From Longimicrobiales bacterium (GTDB lineage: Bacteria; Gemmatimonadota; Gemmatimonadetes; Longimicrobiales; Gaopeijiaceae): DNA of 64,000 bases. The translations under genes and the position numbers were made by a program. This document shows positions 1 to 12,665 of this stretch, one piece after another. The stretch lies in the NCBI GenBank assembly GCA_041690395.1, contig JAWLHJ010000003.1:128001-192000 (forward strand), read 5' to 3'. Position 1 is the first letter of the stretch. Each line of letters starts with the position of its first letter. Under the pieces are notes generated by a model. That model made no database searches, was not told the origin of the DNA, and saw only the letters and a list, made by a program, of their open reading frames with translations.

Positions 1-1
1 C

Positions 2-94
2 CGGGAGCTGCCGGTGTGGGGTGTTCAGTTCCATCCGGAGTCGCTGTTCAGCGAACACGGGTCGACACTTCTCGGGAACTTCCTGAAGCTGTGA
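2..94 (+). CDS. 3' end of glutamine amidotransferase (anthranilate/aminodeoxychorismate synthase component II, TrpG/PabA-like), truncated by the window edge
   Basis: Frame 2 reads [38 protein letters not shown] is the class I GATase C-terminal motif. Confidence 0.8.
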   Translation, partial: RELPVWGVQFHPESLFSEHGSTLLGNFLKL

Positions 95-105
95 CGGCCG
101 CCGGC

Positions 106-135
106 TTGACCCTCGCCCCCGCGGGCCCGTAGCTT
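106..135 (+). promoter_or_regulatory. Candidate sigma70 promoter for the kdsB operon
   Basis: TTGACC-N18-TAGCTT upstream of kdsB. Confidence 0.5.
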
Positions 136-187
136 TTGGCGTGGATTTTGCAGACACGTCCCGCGCCTTCGGCTTCGGGGCAGTCCG

Positions 188-3470
<3,283 letters not shown>

Positions 3471-3474
<4 letters not shown>

Positions 3475-4037
3475 CGCCTCGTCCGATGCCTCCGGAGCTC
3501 GCGGAGCGGGTCCGGCTCGTGATCTTCGACGTGGACGGCGTCCTCACCGACGCCGGGGTGTATCTCGGTGTGCCCGAAGGAGGTGGGCGCATCGAGCTCA
3601 AGCGTTTCGACATCCAGGACGGGGTCGGCGTGAAGATGCTGACGTGGGCCGGAATCGAGGTCGCATGGGTATCCGGGCGCGTGTCCGAGGCGACCAGCAT
3701 CCGGGCGAAGGAGCTCGACGTCACCGAGTGTCACCAGGAGCCGAACGCGTACAAGCTCGGCGTGGTTCAGGACCTGCTGAAGCGGAAGGGCGTGGCCTGG
3801 AACGAGGTGGCGATGATCGCCGACGACATCCCGGACCTCGCCGTACTGGAGCGCGTGGGACTCAAGGCGGCCGTGGGCAACGCCACCCCGCCGGTCGTGC
3901 GGATCGCCGACTGGCAGGCCACGAAGCGTGGTGGACACGGCGCGGTCAGGGAGTTCTGCGACGCGTTGCTCGAGGCCCGCGGCGTCCTCGACGCGGTCGT
4001 AGAGGAGTACGTCGAGGCCCGGAGGGGGACCGCGTGA
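3471..4037 (+). CDS. kdsC: KDO 8-phosphate phosphatase (HAD family)
   Basis: FDVDGVLTD, FDIQDG, GGHGAVRE; GTGA overlap with kdsA. Confidence 0.9.
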
Positions 4038-5005
4038 CGTCGGTCACCGAGAACGATCTCGTCGAGGAGGGCCGTCGGGTCCTCAACGCGGAAGCGGCCG
4101 CGGTCGGAGCGCTGGCGCCTCGCCTGGGGGCTCCGTTCGCGCGAGCCTGTCGGATGGTGGCCGACGCCCCGGGCCGCGTGGTCCTGAGCGGCATCGGCAA
4201 GAGCGGCCACATCGCGCGGAAGATCGCCGGCACGCTCACTTCGACGGGTACGCCCGCCACCTTCATGCACGCGGTGGAAGCGCTGCACGGAGACCTCGGT
4301 ATCGTGGGCGGCGGTGACGTCGCCATCCTGGTGTCACGTTCCGGCCGGGGCTCCGAGATCGGAGGGCTCCTGGGCTACCTCGGCCGCATGAGCACGCCGA
4401 TCATCGCGCTCACGGGCGACCGCGACAGCGACCTCGCGCGAAATGCGGACGTCGTCCTGGACTGCTCGGTCGACACCGAAGCGTGTCCGCTCGACCTCAC
4501 CCCCACGTCGTCGACCACCGCGGCGTTGGCGATGGGCGACGCCCTGGCCATGGTCGTGCTCCAGCTCAAGGGCTTCCAGGCGAGTGATTTCGCGGCGCTC
4601 CACCCCGGCGGGTCCCTCGGTCTGAAGCTCACGGTCCGGGTCGCCGACGTCATGATCTCGGAGGGGTATCCCTGGCTCCCGCGGGGTGCGACGATGCGCG
4701 AGGCCATCGTGCCCCTCGCGGAGCTCCGCGGAACCGTGCCCATCGTCGAGGACGACCGTCGCATCGCGGGCATCGTGACCACCGGAGACCTCACCCGGCT
4801 CATGGAGCGGGACGAGGCCTTCCTCGACCGCCGGGTCGACGACGTCATGACGACGTCACCGAAGACGGCCGTCGCGGAAGAGCTCGGGGCCCTGGCCGTC
4901 CAGCGCATGGAGGAGCACGGCATCATGGCACTCCCCGTCGTCGAGGACGGCAGGCTCGTCGGGATCGTGCATCTCCACGACCTATTGAGGTCGGGAGCCG
5001 TATGA
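4034..5005 (+). CDS. kdsD: Arabinose-5-phosphate isomerase (KpsF/GutQ family, SIS + CBS domains)
   Basis: GIGKSGHIARKIA, EALHGDLG, PTSSTT, HPGGSLG, C-terminal CBS pair. Confidence 0.93.
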   Translation: MTSVTENDLVEEGRRVLNAEAAAVGALAPRLGAPFARACRMVADAPGRVVLSGIGKSGHIARKIAGTLTSTGTPATFMHAVEALHGDLGIVGGGDVAILVSRSGRGSEIGGLLGYLGRMSTPIIALTGDRDSDLARNADVVLDCSVDTEACPLDLTPTSSTTAALAMGDALAMVVLQLKGFQASDFAALHPGGSLGLKLTVRVADVMISEGYPWLPRGATMREAIVPLAELRGTVPIVEDDRRIAGIVTTGDLTRLMERDEAFLDRRVDDVMTTSPKTAVAEELGALAVQRMEEHGIMALPVVEDGRLVGIVHLHDLLRSGAV

Positions 5006-5553
5006 TGTGCCGGCCCTGGATGTTGCGATTGTCTGCAGCCGCCCTGTTGGGTGTCGCCGCCGCATGCGCCGACACGACCGAGACCCCGGTGGCCGACAGC
5101 GAGCTCCTCGAGCTCGCCGCCGACAACGTCATCTTCGGCATGACCAGCTATCTCACCACGAATGGCGTCCGCGAGGGCGAGATCCAGGCCGACACCGCGT
5201 TCATGTTCGTGGACTCGGCGCATGTCGATCTTCGGGGAATGCGCATCGTCTTCCACAACGAGGACGGGCGGCCCCGTGCGACGGTCACCGGGACGACCGG
5301 CGAGTGGGACCAGCGCCGGGACATCATGGTGGCTCGCGGCGACGTTCTCCTGCTGGTGCACCAGGACGGCCGGGAGATCCGGACCGAGGAGCTCCACTAC
5401 GACGCCTTCAACGAGCGTATCTGGAGCGATTCGACCACCGTCCAGACCCTCCCCGACGGTACCGTGACGCGGGGCTCGTCGTTCGAGTCCGACCTCACGT
5501 TCACCAACATCCGGATCGAGAACATCCGTGGAGGCGCTCGTGGCACGCCCTAG
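5002..5553 (+). CDS. lptC: LPS export periplasmic protein LptC
   Basis: Signal/lipobox-like N-terminus, beta-jellyroll-like TEELHYD segment, position between kdsD and lptB. Confidence 0.8.
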   Translation: MMCRPWMLRLSAAALLGVAAACADTTETPVADSELLELAADNVIFGMTSYLTTNGVREGEIQADTAFMFVDSAHVDLRGMRIVFHNEDGRPRATVTGTTGEWDQRRDIMVARGDVLLLVHQDGREIRTEELHYDAFNERIWSDSTTVQTLPDGTVTRGSSFESDLTFTNIRIENIRGGARGTP

Positions 5554-7069
5554 CGCCTCCAGGATCGCCTGTCTCGTCACGATGCTCCTCGGAGTCGTCG
5601 TCGCGGCGTCGCCCGTCTCGGCCCAGGACGGGTGCGAGTTCGGCGAGGAGGGCAACGACGTGCTGCGGCAGGTCACGATGACCGGCGGGGAAGCGATCTT
5701 CTACGTCACGAGGCCCCACCTCGTCTGCGAGGGCGGCATCCAGATCTGGGCCGACTCCGCGGAAGCGTTCACGGCGACCAACCTGGCTCATCTGATCGGG
5801 TCGGTACGGTACGAGGACCCGACCCGGACACTCGTGGCCGACGAGGCGCGTTACTTCTCCCAGGTAGGACGGCTTCAGGCCCAGGGCGGCATGCGGGTCG
5901 TGGACCGGGACGAGGGGTCCACGATCGAGAATGGCGCCCTGGTGTATCTGCGCCGGACGGACTTCCGCGACGTGGAGTCCATGACGGTCACGATGCTCGA
6001 CGACGAGAGCCGGCCCCGGGCCACCCTGTCCGACGCGGGGGACGCCGCAGCACCCGGTGAGGAGCGCGTCTACGTCGTCGTCGGTGACCGTATCGAGTCT
6101 CGCGGGGCGGACCTCCTCCGCTCGACCGGGGCCGTCGAACTCCTGTTCGACTCGGTCGTCGCATACGCCGACACGCTGGAGTACGAGGAGACCGTGGACC
6201 GGGTGGATCTGCGGGGCAACGCCGTCGTCGACGCCCCCGAATACGATCTGCGCGGCGCCCGCATCGAGCTCACGTCGCCGGAGGCGGGCCGGCGCGATGT
6301 CCGCGCCACCCGCGACGCCCAGCTGACCGGCGAAGACTTCTCGCTCACCGCGGAGCGGATCTTCCTGTTCGCCCGGGACGACCGGATGGAACGCCTGGTC
6401 GCCCTGCCGGCGGCCACCGACTCCGCCTCCGCGGCGGCCGGCCGTCCCGCGGTGGAGCCCGTGCCCTCCGGGCCGACTCCAATGGCCGCGACCGGGCAGC
6501 GCCCGGTCGCCGTCGCCCAGTCGTTCGAGATCACCGCGGACTCGCTCGAGATCCTCGCACCGGAAGAGCGCCTGGAGCGGGTGTTCGCCGCGGGCCGGGC
6601 GCGGAGCGTCTCCACAGGCCGGGACTCACTCACGGTCGAGTCGCTCCCGGACGTCGCGCGGACCGATTGGCTCGAGGGCGACACCATCGTCGTGACCTTC
6701 GTGCCCAGGGCCCGGGCGGTCATGGCGGCTGCCGCAGACTCGGTCGCCGGGGCCGCACCGGTCTCCACGCCGGACCCGGAGCTCGTCGCGGACAGCGTCG
6801 GAGGAGGCGCGCTCGAGGCGGGCGACACCGCCGACGCGGGCGTCGACGTGGACCGGATCGTGGCTATCGCCTCCGCCCGCAGCCTCTACCGACTGCCGCC
6901 GTCCGACCGGTCGGCGGTCGCGGGCGTCGATCCGCCCGCGGTGCACTACGTCGTGGGCGACCGCATCACCATCGTGATGCGTGACGGCGAGGTGGAGCGC
7001 ATGGAGGTCGTGGGGTCGACCACCGGCGTGCATCTCGAGCCCATCAGGCCCACGGGAGGCGGACGATGA
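5540..7069 (+). CDS. Long OstA/LptA-like periplasmic protein
   Basis: Signal peptide, repeated ADS/AD-x beta-jellyroll-like segments, lptA position; GGAGG RBS before GTG 5540. Confidence 0.65.
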   Translation: MARPSASRIACLVTMLLGVVVAASPVSAQDGCEFGEEGNDVLRQVTMTGGEAIFYVTRPHLVCEGGIQIWADSAEAFTATNLAHLIGSVRYEDPTRTLVADEARYFSQVGRLQAQGGMRVVDRDEGSTIENGALVYLRRTDFRDVESMTVTMLDDESRPRATLSDAGDAAAPGEERVYVVVGDRIESRGADLLRSTGAVELLFDSVVAYADTLEYEETVDRVDLRGNAVVDAPEYDLRGARIELTSPEAGRRDVRATRDAQLTGEDFSLTAERIFLFARDDRMERLVALPAATDSASAAAGRPAVEPVPSGPTPMAATGQRPVAVAQSFEITADSLEILAPEERLERVFAAGRARSVSTGRDSLTVESLPDVARTDWLEGDTIVVTFVPRARAVMAAAADSVAGAAPVSTPDPELVADSVGGGALEAGDTADAGVDVDRIVAIASARSLYRLPPSDRSAVAGVDPPAVHYVVGDRITIVMRDGEVERMEVVGSTTGVHLEPIRPTGGGR

Positions 7070-7902
7070 CCGTCGAAGCCGGCACGGGCACCACGGCGCG
7101 CCCCCCGATCATCCCGGGAAACAGCGTTCTCCAAGGCGTGGGGCTCACCAAGGCCTACCAGCGGCGCAAGGTCGTCAACGAGGTCGACATCCGGGTCTCG
7201 CAGTCCGAGATCGTGGGTCTGCTCGGCCCGAACGGGGCGGGGAAGACCACCACGTTCTACATGCTGGTGGGGCTCATTTCGCCCGACACGGGGACCGTGC
7301 GCCTCGACGGCGAGGACCTCACCCGCGTCCCGATGTATCAGCGTGCGCGCAAGGGGATCGGCTATCTTGCCCAGGAGCCGTCCATCTTTCGCAAGTTGTC
7401 CGTCGAGGACAACGTATTGGCCATCCTCCAGACGCTGGGGCTGCCGCGCGCGGAGGAAAAGGCCCGCCTCGAGGGGCTCCTGGGTGAGCTCGGCCTCACC
7501 GGCTTGCGCAGAAGCAAGGCGTACGCGCTGTCCGGCGGAGAGCGCCGCAGGCTCGAGATCACGCGGGCGTTGGTTCAGCGCCCGAAGTTCATGCTGCTCG
7601 ACGAGCCATTCGCCGGGATCGACCCGATCGCCGTGAACGACATCCAGGTGATCGTGCGCGGCCTCCGGGAGCGGGGCATCGGCGTCATCATCTCCGATCA
7701 CAACGTGGAACAGACTCTGGATATCGTCGATCGAGCCTACATCATGTACGAGGGCCGTATCCGCGTGACGGGTACGGTGTCCGAGCTCGTCTGGAACGAC
7801 GAGGTGGCGGAGATCTACCTCGGGCCGACCCTGACGGCACGCATGCGTAGCCGCTACGAGCGGCCGGCCGAGCCGCGTCAGGAAACGAGGCTCACGCCAT
7901 GA
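7066..7902 (+). CDS. lptB: LPS export ABC transporter ATP-binding protein
   Basis: GPNGAGKTT, YLAQEPSIFRKL, LSGGERRRLE, DEPFAGIDP, DHNV. Confidence 0.95.
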   Translation: MTVEAGTGTTARPPIIPGNSVLQGVGLTKAYQRRKVVNEVDIRVSQSEIVGLLGPNGAGKTTTFYMLVGLISPDTGTVRLDGEDLTRVPMYQRARKGIGYLAQEPSIFRKLSVEDNVLAILQTLGLPRAEEKARLEGLLGELGLTGLRRSKAYALSGGERRRLEITRALVQRPKFMLLDEPFAGIDPIAVNDIQVIVRGLRERGIGVIISDHNVEQTLDIVDRAYIMYEGRIRVTGTVSELVWNDEVAEIYLGPTLTARMRSRYERPAEPRQETRLTP

Positions 7903-9404
7903 GCCAGATGAATACGAAGCTCTTCCAGAGCCAGCAGATGCGGCAGGAGATGCGCATCAACCCTCGCCTGTACCAGGCGATGGAGTTGCTCTACATGCCC
8001 CTGCTGGACCTGCAGCAGCACCTCAAGGAGGAGCTGGCCGAGAATCCCTTCCTGGAGATGTCGGAGGCGGACGTCCAGCAGGAGGTCGAGCTCAAGGAGG
8101 ACACGAAGGACGAGCCGCTCGGCGACGAGGTGGACTGGGAGGAGATCCTGCTCGACGGCTTCGACGTCGGCGGGCGTAGGCAACAGTACGAGCACAAGGA
8201 GTACATCGAGCCGACACCGGTCGAGACCCCGGACCTCCACGACTACCTCAACGACCAGCTCCACATGCTCCCGATCGACGATCGCGAGCTGCGCCTGGGC
8301 GAGGAGATCATCGGCAACGTCGACGACACCGGCATGCTCTCCTGCCCGCTGGAAGAGGTCGTGGCGGGCGCGAATGTCTGGCTCGAAGACGTCCGACCGG
8401 TGGCCATCGAGAAGGCCCGGGAGATCGAGGACGAGGACGAGCGGGCCGAGGAGCTCGCGGAGATCGACCGGCTCTTCCGTCCGTACGAAGTCGAAGAGGC
8501 CGAGCGCATGCTCGTGGTGGTCCAGGCCATGGATCCCCCCGGTGTGGCGGCCCGCGACATCCGCGAGTGCATCCTGATCCAGCTGGATCAGGGCGATGAG
8601 GAAGACGGACTGGCGCGCACCATCGTCCAGGAGCACTTCGACGCCCTCATCCACCATCGTTGGGGCGACATCGCGAAGGAGCTCGGGATCTCAGCCAAGG
8701 AGGCCCAGGACGCCGCCGACAGGATCAGCGGTCTCGACCCGAAGCCCGGCCTCAAGCACTCGGCGGCCTCGGACGAGTACATCGTCCCGGACCTCATCGT
8801 CGAGAAGATCGACGGTGAGTACCTGGTCTTCGCGAACGATACGAGCCTTCCCCGGCTACGGATCTCCCGGTCCTACCGCGAGGTGGCCAAGGACAAGAAC
8901 AAGTTCACCGGCGAGAACAAGGAGTTCATCGCGGCCAAGCTGAACTCGGCCAACTGGATGATCCAGGCCATCGAGCAGCGGCGTCAGACGATGCTGAAGG
9001 TGATGAACTTCATCGTCGACCGGCAGCGGGAGTTCTTCGAGCGCGGCGTGCAGCACCTCCGTCCGCTCACGCTCCGCGAGGTCGCGGACTACATCGAGAT
9101 GCACGAGTCCACGGTCTCCCGGGTGACGAACAAGAAGTACGTCCAGACCCCGCGGGGGGTGTTCTCGCTGAAGTACTTCTTCTCGAGCGGGCTCTCCACG
9201 ATGAGCGGCGAGGACATCTCGGCCCGCGGCGTGAAGGACATGATCAAGGGTATGGTCACCGACGAGGATCCCAAGAAGCCGCTGACCGACCAGGCCATCG
9301 TCAAGCTCCTGAAGAACGAGGGCGTGAAGATCGCCCGACGCACGGTCGCCAAGTACCGGGATCAGATGGGGATCCTCCCGGCCCGCATGAGAAAGCGTGT
9401 CTGA
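7899..9404 (+). CDS. rpoN: RNA polymerase sigma-54 factor
   Basis: Q-rich region I, ENPFLE, HESTVSR, RpoN box ARRTVAKYR. Confidence 0.97.
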   Translation: MSQMNTKLFQSQQMRQEMRINPRLYQAMELLYMPLLDLQQHLKEELAENPFLEMSEADVQQEVELKEDTKDEPLGDEVDWEEILLDGFDVGGRRQQYEHKEYIEPTPVETPDLHDYLNDQLHMLPIDDRELRLGEEIIGNVDDTGMLSCPLEEVVAGANVWLEDVRPVAIEKAREIEDEDERAEELAEIDRLFRPYEVEEAERMLVVVQAMDPPGVAARDIRECILIQLDQGDEEDGLARTIVQEHFDALIHHRWGDIAKELGISAKEAQDAADRISGLDPKPGLKHSAASDEYIVPDLIVEKIDGEYLVFANDTSLPRLRISRSYREVAKDKNKFTGENKEFIAAKLNSANWMIQAIEQRRQTMLKVMNFIVDRQREFFERGVQHLRPLTLREVADYIEMHESTVSRVTNKKYVQTPRGVFSLKYFFSSGLSTMSGEDISARGVKDMIKGMVTDEDPKKPLTDQAIVKLLKNEGVKIARRTVAKYRDQMGILPARMRKRV

Positions 9405-10374
9405 GCCGACGGGCCATGCGCTCGGCGCGACCATGCGCCGGGACTTCGCGGTCGTCGTGCCCGCTTTCGACGAAGCTCCGGTCGTGCCCGATCTCGTGCG
9501 GGAGCTCAGGGAGGCGTTCCGGCGTCACGACCTGCACGGCGAAGTGCTGTTCGTCGACGACGGGTCGACCGATGGCACGGCGGAGCTGGCCGAGCGTGAA
9601 GCCGCGGATTGGCCGGAGTTCCGGGTGCTCCGCCACGGCGTGAATCTTGGCAAGACCGAAGCGCTGCTGACCGCCTCGGAAGCCACGGACAAGCCCTATC
9701 TGGTCCTCTTCGACGCCGATCTCCAGCACCTTCCGGACGAGATTCCGCGCTTCCTCGAGAAGCTCGAAGAGGGATGGGACATCGTCACCGGCCGGAAGAT
9801 CGGTCAGTACGACAAGCGGGCGGTCTCGTCCGCCTACAACCGGCTGTCGCGGAGGATCTTCCGCGTGCCCGTCTCCGACCTGAACTCGATGAAGGCGTTC
9901 CGCCGGAGCATCCTCGAGGGCATCCAGCTCCGTCACGACTGGCACCGATTCTTCGTGGTGCTGGCGCACGCGCGCGGCGCGTCCGTGACCGAGATCGACA
10001 TCGACCTGCATCCCAGGCGAGCGGGCACCTCGAAGTTCCAGGGGCCGTTCCGGATCCTGGTGGGGATCTTCGACCTGGTGTCGGTCTGGTTCCTGCTGCT
10101 CTTCTCGCGCAAGCCGCTCCTTCTGTTCGGCGGGACCGGGCTGACGCTGGCCGCTCTGGGCGTCGTGGTCGCGGCCGTGACGACGTATCTGCGCTTCCTC
10201 CATCCCATGTTGGGGTTCGAGGCCTACATCCCCCCGATGGGATACCGCCCGCTGCTCTACCTCGTGATGCTCCTGGAGACCGTCGGCTTCGTGCTCGTGG
10301 GCTTCGGGCTCGTGTCGGAGCAGGTGGCACAGGTGCGCGACGAGCTCGAGGCGATTCGAAGGCAGGGGCGCTGA
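9397..10374 (+). CDS. Glycosyltransferase family 2 (ArnC/GtrB-like, two C-terminal TM helices)
   Basis: VVVPAFDE, VDDGSTDGT, DADLQH, hydrophobic C-terminus. Confidence 0.88.
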   Translation: MSEPTGHALGATMRRDFAVVVPAFDEAPVVPDLVRELREAFRRHDLHGEVLFVDDGSTDGTAELAEREAADWPEFRVLRHGVNLGKTEALLTASEATDKPYLVLFDADLQHLPDEIPRFLEKLEEGWDIVTGRKIGQYDKRAVSSAYNRLSRRIFRVPVSDLNSMKAFRRSILEGIQLRHDWHRFFVVLAHARGASVTEIDIDLHPRRAGTSKFQGPFRILVGIFDLVSVWFLLLFSRKPLLLFGGTGLTLAALGVVVAAVTTYLRFLHPMLGFEAYIPPMGYRPLLYLVMLLETVGFVLVGFGLVSEQVAQVRDELEAIRRQGR

Positions 10375-10377
10375 CCC

Positions 10378-11523
10378 TTGGCCGGCAAGGTGTTGGTCGT
10401 GGTCGGAACACGCCCCGAGGCCATCAAGATGGCTCCGGTCGTCGACGCGCTCGGTCGTGAGGCGGGCATCGAGACCCGGGTCGCGCTGACCGGGCAGCAC
10501 GGCGATCTCGTCGACCAGGCGCTCCGCGCGTTCGGCATCGAGCCGGGGTACGACCTGGGCATCATGAAGCCGGACCAGAGCCTCTACGACGTCGTGCACG
10601 GAGTGCTGGACGGCCTGCAGGACGTGGTCCGTGGATACCGACCCGACCTGCTGCTCGTGCAGGGAGACACCGCCACGGTCTTCGCCGCCTCATTGGTCGG
10701 GTTCTTCGAGCACGTCGCGGTGGGGCACGTAGAGGCGGGGCTCAGGAGCGGAACCGACAGGAAGCAGCCGTTCCCCGAGGAGATGTTCCGGCGCCTCACG
10801 GACGTCATGGCCGATGTGTACTTCGCGCCGACCCCGGTCGCCCGGGACGCCCTCCTCGCCGAGAACGTGCCGGTGGACCAGGTATTCGTGACCGGGAACA
10901 CCGTCGTCGACGCGCTCCACCAGGCCGCTTCACAGCGGCGCCCCGTCCAGGACCCGGACCTGCGGAGCGTGGTCGAGGACCCGGACGTGCGCTTCGTCCT
11001 CCTCACCGCCCACCGCCGGGAATCCTTCGGGGAGCCGCTGCGTGGCGTGTTCCAGGCCGTGAGGGTCCTGGCCGATCTCGACCCGACGGTACGCATCGTC
11101 TACCCGGTCCATCCCAACCCGAACGTCTCGGCCCCGGCACGCGAGATCCTGTCGGGGCATCCGCGAATCGCGCTCACCCCGCCACTCGACTACTTCGACC
11201 TCGTGGCCGCGCTCCAGCGGGCCGACGTCGTGCTGACGGACTCGGGGGGTATCCAGGAAGAAGCGCCGACCTTCGGTGCGCCCGTCCTCGTGCTGCGCGA
11301 CCGCACGGAGCGCCCGGAGGGCGTGGAGGCCGGTGTCGCCGAGCTCGTCGGCACGGATCGCGGCCGGATCCTGGCCCGGGCCCGGGCGCTCCTGCGGAGG
11401 AAGCGCGGTACGGCCCAACCGAGACAGCCCTATGGAGACGGACACGCAGCGGAGCGTATCGCGGACATCGTCGCGACCCGGCTCACCGGTCGAGCCCGCC
11501 GGACCCGGGACTGGACGCCGTGA
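10378..11523 (+). CDS. wecB: UDP-N-acetylglucosamine 2-epimerase (non-hydrolysing)
   Basis: GTRPEAIKMAP, VQGDT, HVEAGLRS, HRRE, TDSGGIQEEAP, YGDG. Confidence 0.94.
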   Translation: MAGKVLVVVGTRPEAIKMAPVVDALGREAGIETRVALTGQHGDLVDQALRAFGIEPGYDLGIMKPDQSLYDVVHGVLDGLQDVVRGYRPDLLLVQGDTATVFAASLVGFFEHVAVGHVEAGLRSGTDRKQPFPEEMFRRLTDVMADVYFAPTPVARDALLAENVPVDQVFVTGNTVVDALHQAASQRRPVQDPDLRSVVEDPDVRFVLLTAHRRESFGEPLRGVFQAVRVLADLDPTVRIVYPVHPNPNVSAPAREILSGHPRIALTPPLDYFDLVAALQRADVVLTDSGGIQEEAPTFGAPVLVLRDRTERPEGVEAGVAELVGTDRGRILARARALLRRKRGTAQPRQPYGDGHAAERIADIVATRLTGRARRTRDWTP

Positions 11524-12665
11524 ACATCCTGATGCACAGCGTCTACTTCCCCCCCGAGGTAGGCGGCCTGGAGAGTCACGTGTACTACCTGTGCCGTGGA
11601 CTGGCGGCGCGGGGCCACCGGGTCGATGTGGTGACGTCACGATCCCGCCCGGAGCTTCCGGAAAGCGAGGTCATGTCCGGAGTCCGAGTGTGGCGGACCC
11701 CGCTGCCCGCGCGGAATACCGTGGGGTGGGCCGCCCATGCGCTCGGGTCGATGCCGCGCTTCGGTGCCCTCGCCCGCGGAGCCGACATCCTGCACGCGCA
11801 GGACATCGCGGCCGTCCTCCCGTGCATGGTCGCGCGACGGGCGGCCGGAGGGGTGCCCTTCGTGACCACGTATCACACGAGCCACTTTCTCAAGCGGGCC
11901 GGCTCGCCCTTCTGGCGCCCCGTGTTCCGACGCTTCATCCGTGCGGCGGCCTACAACCTGGCCGCGAGCACGGAGATCGCCGAGGTGGCGCGGGCCATCG
12001 CCCCGGAGAGCGAGGTCGAGCCGCTGACGAACGGCGTCGACACCGACACGTTCACGAAGGTCCCGCCCACGCTGCCTGCGCCTCCGGCGGGGCGGAAGCG
12101 CCTGATCGTGCCGCGCCGGCTCTTCGAGAAGAACGGCGTCGCGTTCCTGGTTCGGGCGATGCCCCGGATCGTCGAAAACGTCGACGCGGAGGCCGTGCTG
12201 ATCGGCGACGGGCCGGAGCGTCGGGGCCTCGAGAGGCTGGCCGCCGAGCTCGGAGTCGCCGACCGGGTCGCGTTTCTCGGAGCGCGCCCCAACGAGGACA
12301 TGCCGGGCATCCTGTCCAGCGGTGACCTCGCGGTCTTCCCGTCCCTCATGGAGGCGACGTCCGTCGCTGCCCTGGAGGCGATGGCGTGCGAGCTGCCGGT
12401 CGCCGCGTCCCGCGTGGGGGGCCTCCCCGAGATCGTCGACGATTCCGTGGGCGCTCTCTTCGCGCCGGCCGATCCCGACGCGCTGGCTCGAACGGTGGTG
12501 GAACTGCTCGAAGGTGGACAGCTTTCCACCCTCGGCGCCACCGCCCGCCGTCGCGTGGTCGAGCGGTGGAGCAACGAGCGTCTGGTCGACAGGCACATCG
12601 AGGTCTACCGGGCGGTTCTAGAGGGTTCAGGGCATCGAACTGGAGAGGGAGCGGACGTTGGCTGA
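11520..12665 (+). CDS. Glycosyltransferase family 4
   Basis: YFPPEVGGLE, NGVD, PSLMEATSVAALEAMA, GGLPEIV. Confidence 0.9.
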   Translation: MNILMHSVYFPPEVGGLESHVYYLCRGLAARGHRVDVVTSRSRPELPESEVMSGVRVWRTPLPARNTVGWAAHALGSMPRFGALARGADILHAQDIAAVLPCMVARRAAGGVPFVTTYHTSHFLKRAGSPFWRPVFRRFIRAAAYNLAASTEIAEVARAIAPESEVEPLTNGVDTDTFTKVPPTLPAPPAGRKRLIVPRRLFEKNGVAFLVRAMPRIVENVDAEAVLIGDGPERRGLERLAAELGVADRVAFLGARPNEDMPGILSSGDLAVFPSLMEATSVAALEAMACELPVAASRVGGLPEIVDDSVGALFAPADPDALARTVVELLEGGQLSTLGATARRRVVERWSNERLVDRHIEVYRAVLEGSGHRTGEGADVG

